Shown: piece after piece, positions 48,702 to 58,564 of the stretch
How positions within the stretch are numbered: the stretch's first letter is position 1
Layout: each line of letters begins with the position of its first letter
NCBI GenBank assembly: GCA_002862745.1
Contig: PKDX01000047.1
Coordinates: 40,371-104,370, forward strand
Origin: Bacteroidota bacterium
GTDB lineage: Bacteria; Bacteroidota; Bacteroidia; Chitinophagales; UBA8649
Direction of reading: 5' to 3'
Length of the DNA: 64,000 nucleotides
The notes under the pieces: generated by a model
The model's input: the letters and a program-made list of their open reading frames with translations, nothing else
Told to the model about the DNA's origin: nothing
The model's database searches: none
Program-made: the position numbers and the translations under genes

Positions 48702-50348
48702 TTATTCGACGATAAACCACGGATTAAGCATATCCTCGCGGTTATACATTAAGTCCTCTTTTGTGTCGTGTTGTAAGACTCGGCGTCCAGCCTCTAAGCA
48801 CACGGCTTGAGCTGCTGCGGTATCCCATTCCATTGTTGGTGCAAGTCTTGGGTAAACATCAGCTTTGCCTTCTGCAACAAGACAAAACTTAAGAGAGCTT
48901 CCAGCAGAAAGAAAGGTGACTCCTTTACCAGATCTTTTTAAGTCCTCGACAAAGGCTTCTACCGCTTCTGATAAGTGGGATCGACTTGCAACAACGGTCA
49001 CTTGATCAAGAGTACTGTAATGACCTTTAGTGTTGGTCAAGTGGCTTCGATTTCCTTGACTATCTTCCTTCCATGCACCGTGTCCTTGAGATCCATAGTA
49101 TAGGGTCTCATTAGCTGGAACATATACAACTCCTAGAATGGGTTTACCATCTTTAACTAAGGCTATGTTTACGGTGAACTCCCCATTTCGTTTGATAAAC
49201 TCTTTTGTTCCATCGAGAGGGTCAACAATCCAAACCGTATTCCAATGTTTCCTTTCGTCGTAGGGCTTGTTTTTGTTTTCCTCCGAGATGATCGGAATAT
49301 CTGGAAAATGTTTTTCTAGTCCAGCTACAATCACGGTGTTGGATGCCAAATCTGCTTTGGTTAGTGGGCTGTCATCTGATTTCTTTTGAACGCCAATATC
49401 ATTAGGCATTGTATCGTATATATGCATGATAGCTTGGCCGGCTTCTACAGCGATTGATTTGATTTTGTCTAGCATAAGTTGTTGTTGTAATTCTATAATT
49501 GCTTGCAACTCTTCTTCCCAAGATCGCATTGGTATTCCTAGGGTGCGCTCAATTTTTTCGGAACTGAGTACACTGTTTTTGGGTCGCTTTGCTGGCGTGG
49601 GATATTCCTCACTAGGAATGGGATTAACCTGACATGAAAGATCACTTCTTTTCATAATAGCCGCAGCAAATTCTGCCCAAGAAGCTTTGCCACGGTTGGT
49701 CACATGGTAAATTCCCTCATTATCCTTTTGCCACTGTCTATCTTTTGCTATCAATTGTATAATCACCTCTGCCAAGGCGATACTAGATGTTGGACATCCG
49801 AATTGGTCGTCAACGACATTTAGCGAAGGTCGATTGGATCCCAGCTTTTGCATAGTCTTCATAAAGTTTTGCCCAAAGGGACTATAGAGCCATGCGGTGC
49901 GAAGGATGTACGTTGTCTTTTTCGATGCGAGAAGGGCTTGTTCACCTTCCTCTTTACTCTTGCCATATATGCCAAGGGGGTGAGTCGTGTCAGATTCCAC
50001 GTAAGCTCCGTCTTTTTGTCCGTCAAAAACAAAATCTGTACTGATATGAATTAGTACAGAAGATGAGGGCATGTTTTCAACAAGATGCTTTACTCCCTCA
50101 GCATTGATTTGGTAAGCTAAATCTGCATTTTCTTCGGCTTTATCTACGGCGGTATATGCAGCACAATTGATTAAGAGATCTAGAGTTGAATGATGCTTAA
50201 AAAAGTCGTTGACTGCCTCGCCATTCGTGATGTCTAATTCATCTTTATCCAGAAGAATGGTGTTGCAGCCATGCTCATATTGACCTAACATATGTTGAAT
50301 AGATAGCCCTAATTGGCCTTCGGATCCTAGTATGGCTATATTCTTCAT
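48702..50348 (-). CDS. Fusion protein: dTDP-4-dehydrorhamnose reductase (RfbD/RmlD, aa 1-291) + 3'(2'),5'-bisphosphate nucleotidase (CysQ, aa 292-548)
   Basis: The N-terminal half has RmlD motifs (ILGSEGQLG, NCAAYTAVDKAE, HISTDFVFDG, YGKSKEEGE). From M292 (ATG 49475) the sequence MLDKIKSIAVEAGQAIMHIYD aligns with the E. coli CysQ N-terminus [21 protein letters not shown]. IMPase-family motifs follow: WIVDPLDGTKEF and MEWDTAAA. There is no stop codon between the modules. Confidence 0.8.
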   Translation of the reverse strand: MKNIAILGSEGQLGLSIQHMLGQYEHGCNTILLDKDELDITNGEAVNDFFKHHSTLDLLINCAAYTAVDKAEENADLAYQINAEGVKHLVENMPSSSVLIHISTDFVFDGQKDGAYVESDTTHPLGIYGKSKEEGEQALLASKKTTYILRTAWLYSPFGQNFMKTMQKLGSNRPSLNVVDDQFGCPTSSIALAEVIIQLIAKDRQWQKDNEGIYHVTNRGKASWAEFAAAIMKRSDLSCQVNPIPSEEYPTPAKRPKNSVLSSEKIERTLGIPMRSWEEELQAIIELQQQLMLDKIKSIAVEAGQAIMHIYDTMPNDIGVQKKSDDSPLTKADLASNTVIVAGLEKHFPDIPIISEENKNKPYDERKHWNTVWIVDPLDGTKEFIKRNGEFTVNIALVKDGKPILGVVYVPANETLYYGSQGHGAWKEDSQGNRSHLTNTKGHYSTLDQVTVVASRSHLSEAVEAFVEDLKRSGKGVTFLSAGSSLKFCLVAEGKADVYPRLAPTMEWDTAAAQAVCLEAGRRVLQHDTKEDLMYNREDMLNPWFIVE

Positions 50349-50357
50349 TACGATTGA

Positions 50358-50909
50358 CTAGAATGGGGATTCAAAATGCTCCCAAGAGATCAATTCTTGG
50401 TCCTTTTCAGAAAGGTTGACCTCAACATCAATTGTTGGCCAAGCGATTTGAATGATGGGGTCGTTCCATAGCAGTCCACCTTCACTTTCTTTGTTGTAAT
50501 AATTATCACATTTATAGGAAAAGATAGCCGTTTCACTCAGAACAAGAAATCCATGGGCAAATCCGTGTGGGATGTAAAAATGTCTTGCATTTTCTCCTGA
50601 TAGGTGGACTCCATGCCATTGCCCATAAGTAGGGGAGTCCTTGCGAATATCTACGGCAACATCGAAAACCTCACCTTCTACAACATGTACGAGTTTTGCC
50701 TGTGCGTATGGCGGGGCTTGAAAATGCAATCCACGAAGGGTCCCCTTAGTGGACTTTGAGACATTATCCTGAACAAAATGGACGGTTTTATCTACTTGAT
50801 CCTTAAAGAAATCATGGCGAAAACTCTCAAAAAAGTAGCCTCTATGATCACCAAACTTTTTCGCTTCATATAGGAAGAGTCCTTCAAGTGGGCATGCAAT
50901 CTCTTTCAT
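50358..50909 (-). CDS. rfbC: dTDP-4-dehydrorhamnose 3,5-epimerase
   Basis: Cupin-type RmlC motifs: FGDHRGYFFESF, RGLHFQ and IPHGFAHGF. Confidence 0.9.
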   Translation of the reverse strand: MKEIACPLEGLFLYEAKKFGDHRGYFFESFRHDFFKDQVDKTVHFVQDNVSKSTKGTLRGLHFQAPPYAQAKLVHVVEGEVFDVAVDIRKDSPTYGQWHGVHLSGENARHFYIPHGFAHGFLVLSETAIFSYKCDNYYNKESEGGLLWNDPIIQIAWPTIDVEVNLSEKDQELISWEHFESPF

Positions 50910-51661
50910 ATTGATTCCGCTAAATACTTATTTTGAATTGGATTATCCCGCATTGAATTGGATAAAGTTTTCAAGTCGTTTGCTTTTTCCAATAACGAGA
51001 TGTGTTGGCTTCTATGAATATCGGTGCCAATCCATTGGATAAAGTTGTTTTTTAAAAGAATTTTAGCAACTTCTTTGGATAGCCTTCCATAGAGTCCTAT
51101 CAGAGAAAAAAGATTGATTTGAAGCTCAATTCCCTTGTCAATAATCTTTTCAAATTGCTCAATACTTTTCGATTGAGATAGATAAAGGTATCGTTCAGGG
51201 TGGGCAAGGATTGGACAATATCCGGCGTATTGCATTTCATAGATGGCTTCATCAAAATAGGGGTTCTCTTGCGTAAATCCCGTCTCGATGACAACATAGT
51301 CCTTTTTACCAAAGGCCAAAAGCTTTTTGGCTTTAGCTAGCTCGATAAATTGGCGATCAACCATGTATTCAGCAGAGGCGTGTAAGGTAAAGTTGATGTT
51401 GTTTTTATCGAGCACGGACTGCAAAGAATCTACTCCCCGAAGCATATCATCTGCTTTGTTGTCGTATACCTCAGGGAAGATGTGCGATGTGCAGATAGCT
51501 CCTTGGTAACCCACGGCAACCATAGCTTGTATAATGGATAGACTCTCTTCAATTGACTCAGGCCCATCATCAATACCTGGAAGCAGATGACAATGCATAT
51601 CGAATTGCAACTCGTGCAAATTGTTTATAGGTGTGCGTGAGGATGTAAGCCAGCTAAACAT
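50906..51661 (-). CDS. PHP-family tyrosine-protein phosphatase (CpsB/CapC type)
   Basis: N-terminal FDMHCHLLPGIDDGP and ILAHPERY. It overlaps rfbC by 4 nt and abuts the upstream epimerase gene with zero gap. Confidence 0.75.
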   Translation of the reverse strand: MFSWLTSSRTPINNLHELQFDMHCHLLPGIDDGPESIEESLSIIQAMVAVGYQGAICTSHIFPEVYDNKADDMLRGVDSLQSVLDKNNINFTLHASAEYMVDRQFIELAKAKKLLAFGKKDYVVIETGFTQENPYFDEAIYEMQYAGYCPILAHPERYLYLSQSKSIEQFEKIIDKGIELQINLFSLIGLYGRLSKEVAKILLKNNFIQWIGTDIHRSQHISLLEKANDLKTLSNSMRDNPIQNKYLAESI

Positions 51662-52660
51662 CTACAAAGTCTTATAAAAGGGTATTGTTTGTTGTATGCC
51701 TTCTGCGAAACTAAATCTCGGTTGATAATTCAATCGATCTTTAGCAAGACTGATGTCGGCGAGCGAATCACGAATATCTCCTTCACGTGCTTCCCTATGA
51801 GTAGCATTCGAAGGGTTTCCGAGTGCCTCACAGATTGTCTCATACATCGACAGAATGCTAAAACGCTCGCCGTAAGCAATATTATACACCTTGCCAAAGG
51901 CATCTTTATCATCAGTAAAGAGACTTCGAATGTTGGCTTGCACCGCATTCGCTACAAACGTGAAATCTCTTGTTTGAAGCCCATCTCCATCGATGTAAAC
52001 GGATTCATTTTTGAGCGAGCGATCAATAAAAATTGGAATCACTGCAGCATAAGGCCCGTTGGGATCCTGACGCGGGCCGAACACATTAAAATATCTTAGG
52101 CCGATAATTTTCATGCCGTAGGCTAGTCCAAAGACTCCGGCATAGAGCTCATTGCACTTTTTGCTTACCGCATAGGGAGATAGAGGAGTGCCAAGTCGCT
52201 GCTCTATTTTGGGTAATGTTTTTTCATCGCCATAAACAGAGGAAGAAGAGGCATATACCACACGCTGGATGCTGCTTTCCTTGGCAGCTACCATCATATT
52301 TAAAAACCCATCAATATTAATGTGATTTGTGCGTATGGGATCCTTTATAGACCGAGGAACGGAACCTAATGCGGCTTGATGACTTAAAAAGTCAATTCCC
52401 TCGCATGCTTTGTGGCAGGTTGCCAAATCATTGATATCTCCTTCAATAAACTCGAAATTTGGGTGATTGAGATAAGGTTGTACGTTTTCTATGTTCCCGG
52501 TAAGGAGATTATCAAGAACTCTTACTTTTTTAGCCCCATGATGTATGAGGTATTCCACGATATGCGATCCGATAAAGCCTGCTCCTCCCGTAATGAGAAA
52601 GGAATACTTTTCTAAGCTTTCATCCGAATGGAATGATTCACTATACATGGACTGACTCAT
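51662..52660 (-). CDS. NAD-dependent nucleotide-sugar 4-epimerase (WbpP/TviC-like SDR)
   Basis: Motifs [13 protein letters not shown] and YAVSKKCNE (YxxxK), and LRYFNVFGPRQDP. Confidence 0.8.
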   Translation of the reverse strand: MSQSMYSESFHSDESLEKYSFLITGGAGFIGSHIVEYLIHHGAKKVRVLDNLLTGNIENVQPYLNHPNFEFIEGDINDLATCHKACEGIDFLSHQAALGSVPRSIKDPIRTNHINIDGFLNMMVAAKESSIQRVVYASSSSVYGDEKTLPKIEQRLGTPLSPYAVSKKCNELYAGVFGLAYGMKIIGLRYFNVFGPRQDPNGPYAAVIPIFIDRSLKNESVYIDGDGLQTRDFTFVANAVQANIRSLFTDDKDAFGKVYNIAYGERFSILSMYETICEALGNPSNATHREAREGDIRDSLADISLAKDRLNYQPRFSFAEGIQQTIPFYKTL

Positions 52661-52663
52661 GCG

Positions 52664-53713
52664 TTATCGTTTAGTGTATTGACTGTTATAATATTGCCTG
52701 TAGTTTCCACTGGTAACTTGATCAAGCCATTTTTCTTCTGAAAGATACCATTCAACGGTTTTGACAAGCCCTTCTTGGAAAGTTAGGCTTGGTTTCCATC
52801 CGAGTTCACGTTCTATTTTTGAAGCATCAATGGCATACCTTCGATCATGGCCAGGACGATCTTTTATAAAGGTGATGAGCTGACGGGATTCACCTTGTTC
52901 ACGCCCGAGCTTATCATCCATAACATCGCATAGGAGCTCGATTAGGTCAATATTTTTCCATTCATTATGCCCTCCAATGTTATAGGTCTCTCCTGATTTT
53001 CCATTGAATAATACTTGTCGAATTGCCTCAGCATGATCCTCAACATATAGCCAGTCTCTTGTATACAGACCGTCTCCATACACAGGAAGTGCTTTCTTAT
53101 GTTTGATGTTATTGATAAACAGTGGGATGAGTTTTTCAGGAAACTGGTTTGGTCCATAATTGTTTGAGCAATTCGTGATGCGCACATCCATGTCAAAGGT
53201 ATTGGCATAGGCCCGCACTAAGTGATCTGATGCGGCCTTCGATGCGGAATAAGGCGATCTTGGATCATAAGGCGTACTTTCTGTGAAGAGACCCGTTGCA
53301 CCAAGTGAACCATAGACTTCATCGGTTGAAACATGATGAAACATACCCTTACGATCTGACCAAATGTACTTGGCAGCATTTAGTAGATTGGTCGTACCGA
53401 TAACATTAGTCATTACAAAAGACGTGGGATTGGTGATGGAACGGTCAACATGACTTTCCGCGGCCAAATGGATGACATGTGTTGGCTTTACCTCTTCGAA
53501 TAGTTCAATCATCCGTTGGGCATCACAAATGTCTGCCTTGACAAATCGGTAGTTGTCTTCTTGCTCGACATCCTTTAGGTTTTCGAGATTTCCGGCATAG
53601 GTAAGGCTATCAAGATTGACTATTTGTGCTTCGGGATACTCATTGACAAACAAACGCACTACGTGGCTTCCTATAAATCCTGCACCACCGGTGATTAAAA
53701 TAGTTGATGACAT
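52664..53713 (-). CDS. rfbB: dTDP-glucose 4,6-dehydratase
   Basis: Motifs [22 protein letters not shown] and YSASKAASDHL. The start is set at ATG 53713. Confidence 0.92.
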   Translation of the reverse strand: MSSTILITGGAGFIGSHVVRLFVNEYPEAQIVNLDSLTYAGNLENLKDVEQEDNYRFVKADICDAQRMIELFEEVKPTHVIHLAAESHVDRSITNPTSFVMTNVIGTTNLLNAAKYIWSDRKGMFHHVSTDEVYGSLGATGLFTESTPYDPRSPYSASKAASDHLVRAYANTFDMDVRITNCSNNYGPNQFPEKLIPLFINNIKHKKALPVYGDGLYTRDWLYVEDHAEAIRQVLFNGKSGETYNIGGHNEWKNIDLIELLCDVMDDKLGREQGESRQLITFIKDRPGHDRRYAIDASKIERELGWKPSLTFQEGLVKTVEWYLSEEKWLDQVTSGNYRQYYNSQYTKR

Positions 53714-53735
53714 CGTGCTTTGATTAAAATGCAAA

Positions 53736-55028
53736 TTACAATGACCAATAATGAATGCCCGTCATATCGCGGTCTTTAAGCATGCCTTTAATATCGAAAA
53801 GAATAGGATCATCGCTCATAAGACTTCGATAATTATCTAGCGTCATTTCAGCGTATTGATCATGATTAACAGCAACTATTATCGCGTCGTAAGGTGGGTT
53901 GGTCTCCGAGCTCAGACTAAGGCCGTATTCATGCTCCATTTCTGAGGGATCTGCATAGGCATCCACGACATCTACGGTCACCGAATAATCAATAAGCTCT
54001 TGAATAACATCTACAACTTTGGTGTTCCTAATGTCACTTACGTCTTCTTTGAATGTGGCTCCCATGATAAGGACCTTAGATTCGCTGACGTCCTTTCCAT
54101 TCTTGATTAATGCTTGGACTAACTTTTTTGCGACATAGGCTCCCATGCTATCATTGATCCGTCTTCCTGCTAAAATCACTTCAGGCTTATATCCTTTCGA
54201 CATGGCTTTATACGTGAGATAATATGGATCTACACCGATGCAATGCCCTCCCACAAGTCCTGGGAAAAAGTTGAGAAAATTCCATTTTGTATTGGCTGCT
54301 TCAAGAACATCATAGGTATTGATGTCCATTAGATCAAATATTTTGGAAAGCTCATTCATCAGCGCAATGTTTAGGTCTCTTTGCGTGTTTTCGATGATTT
54401 TTGCTGCCTCGGCAACCTTTATTGTTGAAGCTCGGTGTACGCCTGCGTCAACCACTTGCTCATACATAGTTGCAATCACATCCAAGGATTCATCGTCACT
54501 CCCTGAAACTACTTTTACGATGTTTTCTAACGTATGTTTTTTATCTCCCGGATTGATTCGTTCTGGTGAATAGCCAACCTTAAAGTCATCCATCCATCGC
54601 AGCCCTGAAACTTCCTCTAAGACGGGTATGCAATCATCTTCGGTACATCCTGGATATACCGTGGATTCATACACTACGATATCTCCTTTAGATAGGACTT
54701 GCCCTACGGTACGTGAAGCGGATAAAACAGGTGTAAGGTCAGGTACTTTATGTTTGTCCACCGGGGTTGGTACGGCTACAATGTAAAACGATGCGCTTTT
54801 TAAATCATCGATGGAGTGGGTAAATTGTATGTCACAACCATCAAATGCTGTTGGTTCTAACTCCTTGCTCGGGTCGATACGGTTTTTCATCATGTCGACA
54901 CGTTCGGCATTGATGTCAAATCCTATGACACGAACTTTTTTTGCAAAAGCAAGGGCGATAGGCAGTCCAACATATCCAAGACCAATAACCGCTAGGGTCT
55001 TCTCTTTGTTTAAAAGTTGTTGATGCAT
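53736..55028 (-). CDS. Nucleotide-sugar dehydrogenase (UDP-N-acetylhexosamine 6-dehydrogenase type; TviB/WbpO-like)
   Basis: Motifs AVIGLGYVGLP and GGHCIGVDP (catalytic Cys). The protein is 430 aa. Confidence 0.8.
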   Translation of the reverse strand: MHQQLLNKEKTLAVIGLGYVGLPIALAFAKKVRVIGFDINAERVDMMKNRIDPSKELEPTAFDGCDIQFTHSIDDLKSASFYIVAVPTPVDKHKVPDLTPVLSASRTVGQVLSKGDIVVYESTVYPGCTEDDCIPVLEEVSGLRWMDDFKVGYSPERINPGDKKHTLENIVKVVSGSDDESLDVIATMYEQVVDAGVHRASTIKVAEAAKIIENTQRDLNIALMNELSKIFDLMDINTYDVLEAANTKWNFLNFFPGLVGGHCIGVDPYYLTYKAMSKGYKPEVILAGRRINDSMGAYVAKKLVQALIKNGKDVSESKVLIMGATFKEDVSDIRNTKVVDVIQELIDYSVTVDVVDAYADPSEMEHEYGLSLSSETNPPYDAIIVAVNHDQYAEMTLDNYRSLMSDDPILFDIKGMLKDRDMTGIHYWSL

Positions 55029-55037
55029 GATTATCGT

Positions 55038-56042
55038 TTATCGTATGATGAATTTTGAAAAGTCATTATGGGCTTGGGTATCTCGTTCTTCTTGGGGTAT
55101 ACTTTCAAAATACTTCAAAGTTCGCATTAATCCCTCTTTTCGCCCCGTAATTGGTTGCCAATTGAGTAATTCTTTAGCTTTGCTTATATCTGGTCTACGC
55201 AACTTAGGGTCTCCTTTCGGCAAAGGATGGTAATCCATGCCTATAGAACGATCAGGAAAAAGTTCCTGTACTTCTTTAGCAAACTCAGCTATGCTTATTT
55301 CATTCGGATTGCCAATATTAATTGGATCTGGGCAGTCACTCATTAAAATTCTGTAGATGCCCTCTATAGTGTCATCCACGTAACAAAATGATCGAGTTTG
55401 TGAACCATCACCAAAAATTGGAAGATCCTTTCCTTCGAGTGCATTACCAAGGAAGGCTGGTAGAACTCTGCCATCATTGAGCCTCATTTTTGGACCAAAT
55501 GTGTTGAAAATGCGTACGATACGAGTCTCGACATTATGAAATCTATGATAGGCCATAGTTAGTGCTTCCATGTAGCGTTTAGCCTCGTCGTACACCCCTC
55601 TTGGTCCAACTGGATCGACATTGCCTAGATATTTTTCTGTTTGCGGATGCTCTAAGGGATCGCCATACACTTCAGAAGTAGATGCTACTAAAATTCGAGC
55701 ATCTTTAGTCTTGGCTAGTCCTAATAAGTTGTGCGTTCCGTGCGCCCCAACTTTTAGTGTTTGAATTGGGATTTTTAAATAATCAATTGGACTAGCTGGG
55801 GAGGCAAAATGCAAGATATAATCTAAATGGCCGCTGACATGGACAAACTTGGTAACATCATTGTTCATGAAGGTAAACCGCTCCTTTCCAAAGAGATCCT
55901 CAATATTCTTAAGTGAACCTGTGATTAGGTTGTCCATAGCAATGACATCGAAACCTTCATTATAAAATCGATGACAAAGGTGTGAACCAAGGAAGCCAGC
56001 TCCCCCCGTTATTAGAATTCTTGGTGTATTCTGATTGCTCAT
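55038..56042 (-). CDS. UDP-glucuronate decarboxylase (UDP-xylose synthase)
   Basis: Motifs [21 protein letters not shown] and YDEAKR, with overall UXS-like length. Confidence 0.85.
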   Translation of the reverse strand: MSNQNTPRILITGGAGFLGSHLCHRFYNEGFDVIAMDNLITGSLKNIEDLFGKERFTFMNNDVTKFVHVSGHLDYILHFASPASPIDYLKIPIQTLKVGAHGTHNLLGLAKTKDARILVASTSEVYGDPLEHPQTEKYLGNVDPVGPRGVYDEAKRYMEALTMAYHRFHNVETRIVRIFNTFGPKMRLNDGRVLPAFLGNALEGKDLPIFGDGSQTRSFCYVDDTIEGIYRILMSDCPDPINIGNPNEISIAEFAKEVQELFPDRSIGMDYHPLPKGDPKLRRPDISKAKELLNWQPITGRKEGLMRTLKYFESIPQEERDTQAHNDFSKFIIR

Positions 56043-56051
56043 TTTGTTTTT

Positions 56052-57353
56052 TTACGGTCTTCCTATACTTTGGTAAACGATTCCTAGCTCCTTGATTCGT
56101 TCTTTGTCGTAAAGATTTCGGCCATCAAAAATCAGAGGTAATTTCAGTGCGTCTTTGATCTTGTCAAAGTCAGGTTGTCGAAAGGCCGACCACTCCGTAA
56201 CAATTACCAGAAAATCCGAGGCCTCCAAGGTGTCATACATCGTATCACAAAATTCTATTCGATCGCCGTAGAGGGCCTTAACATTATCCATAGCTTCCGG
56301 ATCGTAGGCTTTAACCTTGGCACCTGCTTCCAACAACTTATCAATGATATATAGTGCGGGGGCCTCCCGAATATCATCGGTTTCTGGTTTAAAGGCAAGT
56401 CCCCACAATGCAATCTGCATTCCCTTTAAGTCTCCGTCGAAGTGGTCATGAATTTTTTGATAAAACCGCGCTCGCTGTTCGTAATTGACCCTGATTACGG
56501 CATCAAGAATTTTGAATTCATAGTCATTATCCTTAGACGTTTTATGAAGGGCTAGAACATCCTTTGGGAAACAACTCCCTCCGTAGCCTACACCTGCAAA
56601 TAGGAATCGACGGCCGATACGATCATCGGGTGCCATTCCAATGCGAATGTTATCCACGTTAGCGCCAACGACTTCACAGAGGTTGGCTACTTCGTTCATG
56701 AAGGAAATTTTTGTGGCTAAGAAGCTGTTTGCAGCATACTTGGTCATTTCGGCAGAACGCTCGTCCATAACTATGATTGGGTGTCCTTGTCGCACATAGG
56801 GCTCATAGATTTGACGCATAATATCAGCTGCTTTTTCTGAAGAGGTTCCAATCACTACACGGCTTGGTTTTAAGAAATCATCTACGGCCATTCCTTCTCT
56901 AAGGAATTCTGGATTGGATACGACATCAAAGTCAAGCGAGGTATGCTTAGCAATTTGTGCGGATACTTTATCAGCTGTTCCAACAGGAACGGTGCTTTTA
57001 TCTACGATTACTCTATACTCCTTGAGATTCTTTCCAATGTTATCTGCTACACCTAATACGTAGCTTAAATCGGCAGAACCATCTTCACCAGGTGGTGTTG
57101 GTAGGGCTAAGAAAAGTACCTTGCCATGATTTATTCCTTCGATAAGAGACGTTGAAAAGGATAGCCTGCCTTGCTCGATATTTCGTTCAAGTAATGGTTT
57201 TAGTCCAGGCTCATAAATTGGACATTCTCCATTTTTGAGCTTGGCAACTTTAGCTTCGTCGATATCAATGCAGAGCACATCATTTCCTGTTTCTGCTAGA
57301 CAAGTTCCTGTGACCAGGCCAACATAACCTGTACCTACTATTGTAATTTTCAT
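56052..57353 (-). CDS. ugd: UDP-glucose 6-dehydrogenase
   Basis: Motifs IVGTGYVGL and GYGGSCFPKD (catalytic Cys). The protein is 433 aa. Confidence 0.9.
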   Translation of the reverse strand: MKITIVGTGYVGLVTGTCLAETGNDVLCIDIDEAKVAKLKNGECPIYEPGLKPLLERNIEQGRLSFSTSLIEGINHGKVLFLALPTPPGEDGSADLSYVLGVADNIGKNLKEYRVIVDKSTVPVGTADKVSAQIAKHTSLDFDVVSNPEFLREGMAVDDFLKPSRVVIGTSSEKAADIMRQIYEPYVRQGHPIIVMDERSAEMTKYAANSFLATKISFMNEVANLCEVVGANVDNIRIGMAPDDRIGRRFLFAGVGYGGSCFPKDVLALHKTSKDNDYEFKILDAVIRVNYEQRARFYQKIHDHFDGDLKGMQIALWGLAFKPETDDIREAPALYIIDKLLEAGAKVKAYDPEAMDNVKALYGDRIEFCDTMYDTLEASDFLVIVTEWSAFRQPDFDKIKDALKLPLIFDGRNLYDKERIKELGIVYQSIGRP

Positions 57354-58480
57354 GGGGCTACTTTTTTAAAAATTGAAGCAATGTATTCGATTTGGTCATC
57401 TGTTAATTCGGTGTGCATGGGCAATGCGAGTACTTCTTGGCATATTTCTGTCGTATTTGGGCAATTTCGTTTAGGGAAAATTGCCATCGCTTTTTGTTCT
57501 TGTAAGGGAAGGGGGTAGTATATATTATGCGCAACATTATAGCTTCTTAGCATAGTGATTACTTCTTTGCGTAACTCATAATCCATACGTACAACATATT
57601 GATGAAAGCTATGGTTGCAATAGGGTAGTCGTTTGGGTGTCATAATCCACTCATAAGGAGCAAGTACTTCATCATATTTCGATGCCGCCCGCTGGCGTTC
57701 AACAATGTAGTTATCTAGGTAATTGAGTTTTACCTGTAGTATGGCTGCCTGAATCGCGTCAAGTCTTGAATTAACACCTAATCGATCATGATAATAGCGT
57801 TTACCTTGTCCGTGGTTGGCTATTTGACGACATGCTTGGGCTAATTCTGGGTTGTTCGTTGTGATGGCTCCACCATCGCCAAATGCTCCTAAATTTTTTG
57901 ATGGAAAAAAAGAAAAACAACCGATATCTCCCAGATTTCCTGTTGACTTGCCAACAAATTCACCTTCCGTGATTGTACAACCCATCGATTGAGCACAATC
58001 CTCTATAATGTAAACGCTATGGGCGTCAGCAATTTTCATTATCGCCTCCATATTGGCTGCCTGGCCAAAAAGATGAACAGGGACTATCGCTTTGGTTTTC
58101 GATGTTATGGCCCGCTCAATGTCTTCTGGAAGTATGGTAAAGTGGTCTTTGTCAACATCAACAAACACAGGAGTAGCGCCTAGCAGTCCGACAACTTCTG
58201 CCGTTGCAAAATAGGTGAAGTCAGGGGTTATTACTTCATCCCCAGGGCCTATTCCTAAGGCCATCATCGCAATTTGTAGGGCATCTGTCCCGCTATTACA
58301 AGGAATGACATGATGCACACCTAAGTAATCACCCAATGTTTCGCAAAATTGGTGGACTTTTTCACCTCCTATAAATTGCGTCGAGTCAATCACCTCATGT
58401 ATAGCGGCATTAATTTCCTCTCGGATTTTTTCTGTTTGATCTTGTAAATCAACCATGGCTATGGAGGATGTCGTTTTCAT
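57350..58480 (-). CDS. DegT/DnrJ/EryC1/StrS-family PLP-dependent sugar aminotransferase
   Basis: Motifs CNSGTDAL and SFFPSKNLGAFGDGG (PLP lysine). It overlaps ugd by 4 nt. Confidence 0.88.
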   Translation of the reverse strand: MKTTSSIAMVDLQDQTEKIREEINAAIHEVIDSTQFIGGEKVHQFCETLGDYLGVHHVIPCNSGTDALQIAMMALGIGPGDEVITPDFTYFATAEVVGLLGATPVFVDVDKDHFTILPEDIERAITSKTKAIVPVHLFGQAANMEAIMKIADAHSVYIIEDCAQSMGCTITEGEFVGKSTGNLGDIGCFSFFPSKNLGAFGDGGAITTNNPELAQACRQIANHGQGKRYYHDRLGVNSRLDAIQAAILQVKLNYLDNYIVERQRAASKYDEVLAPYEWIMTPKRLPYCNHSFHQYVVRMDYELRKEVITMLRSYNVAHNIYYPLPLQEQKAMAIFPKRNCPNTTEICQEVLALPMHTELTDDQIEYIASIFKKVAP

Positions 58481-58564
58481 GCAGAATATAAGTCTATGTT
58501 AAAGGTACGGTAATCTGTGTATTGCAAAGAATAATCAATGGATTTATCCTTGTAACTTTAAGGC

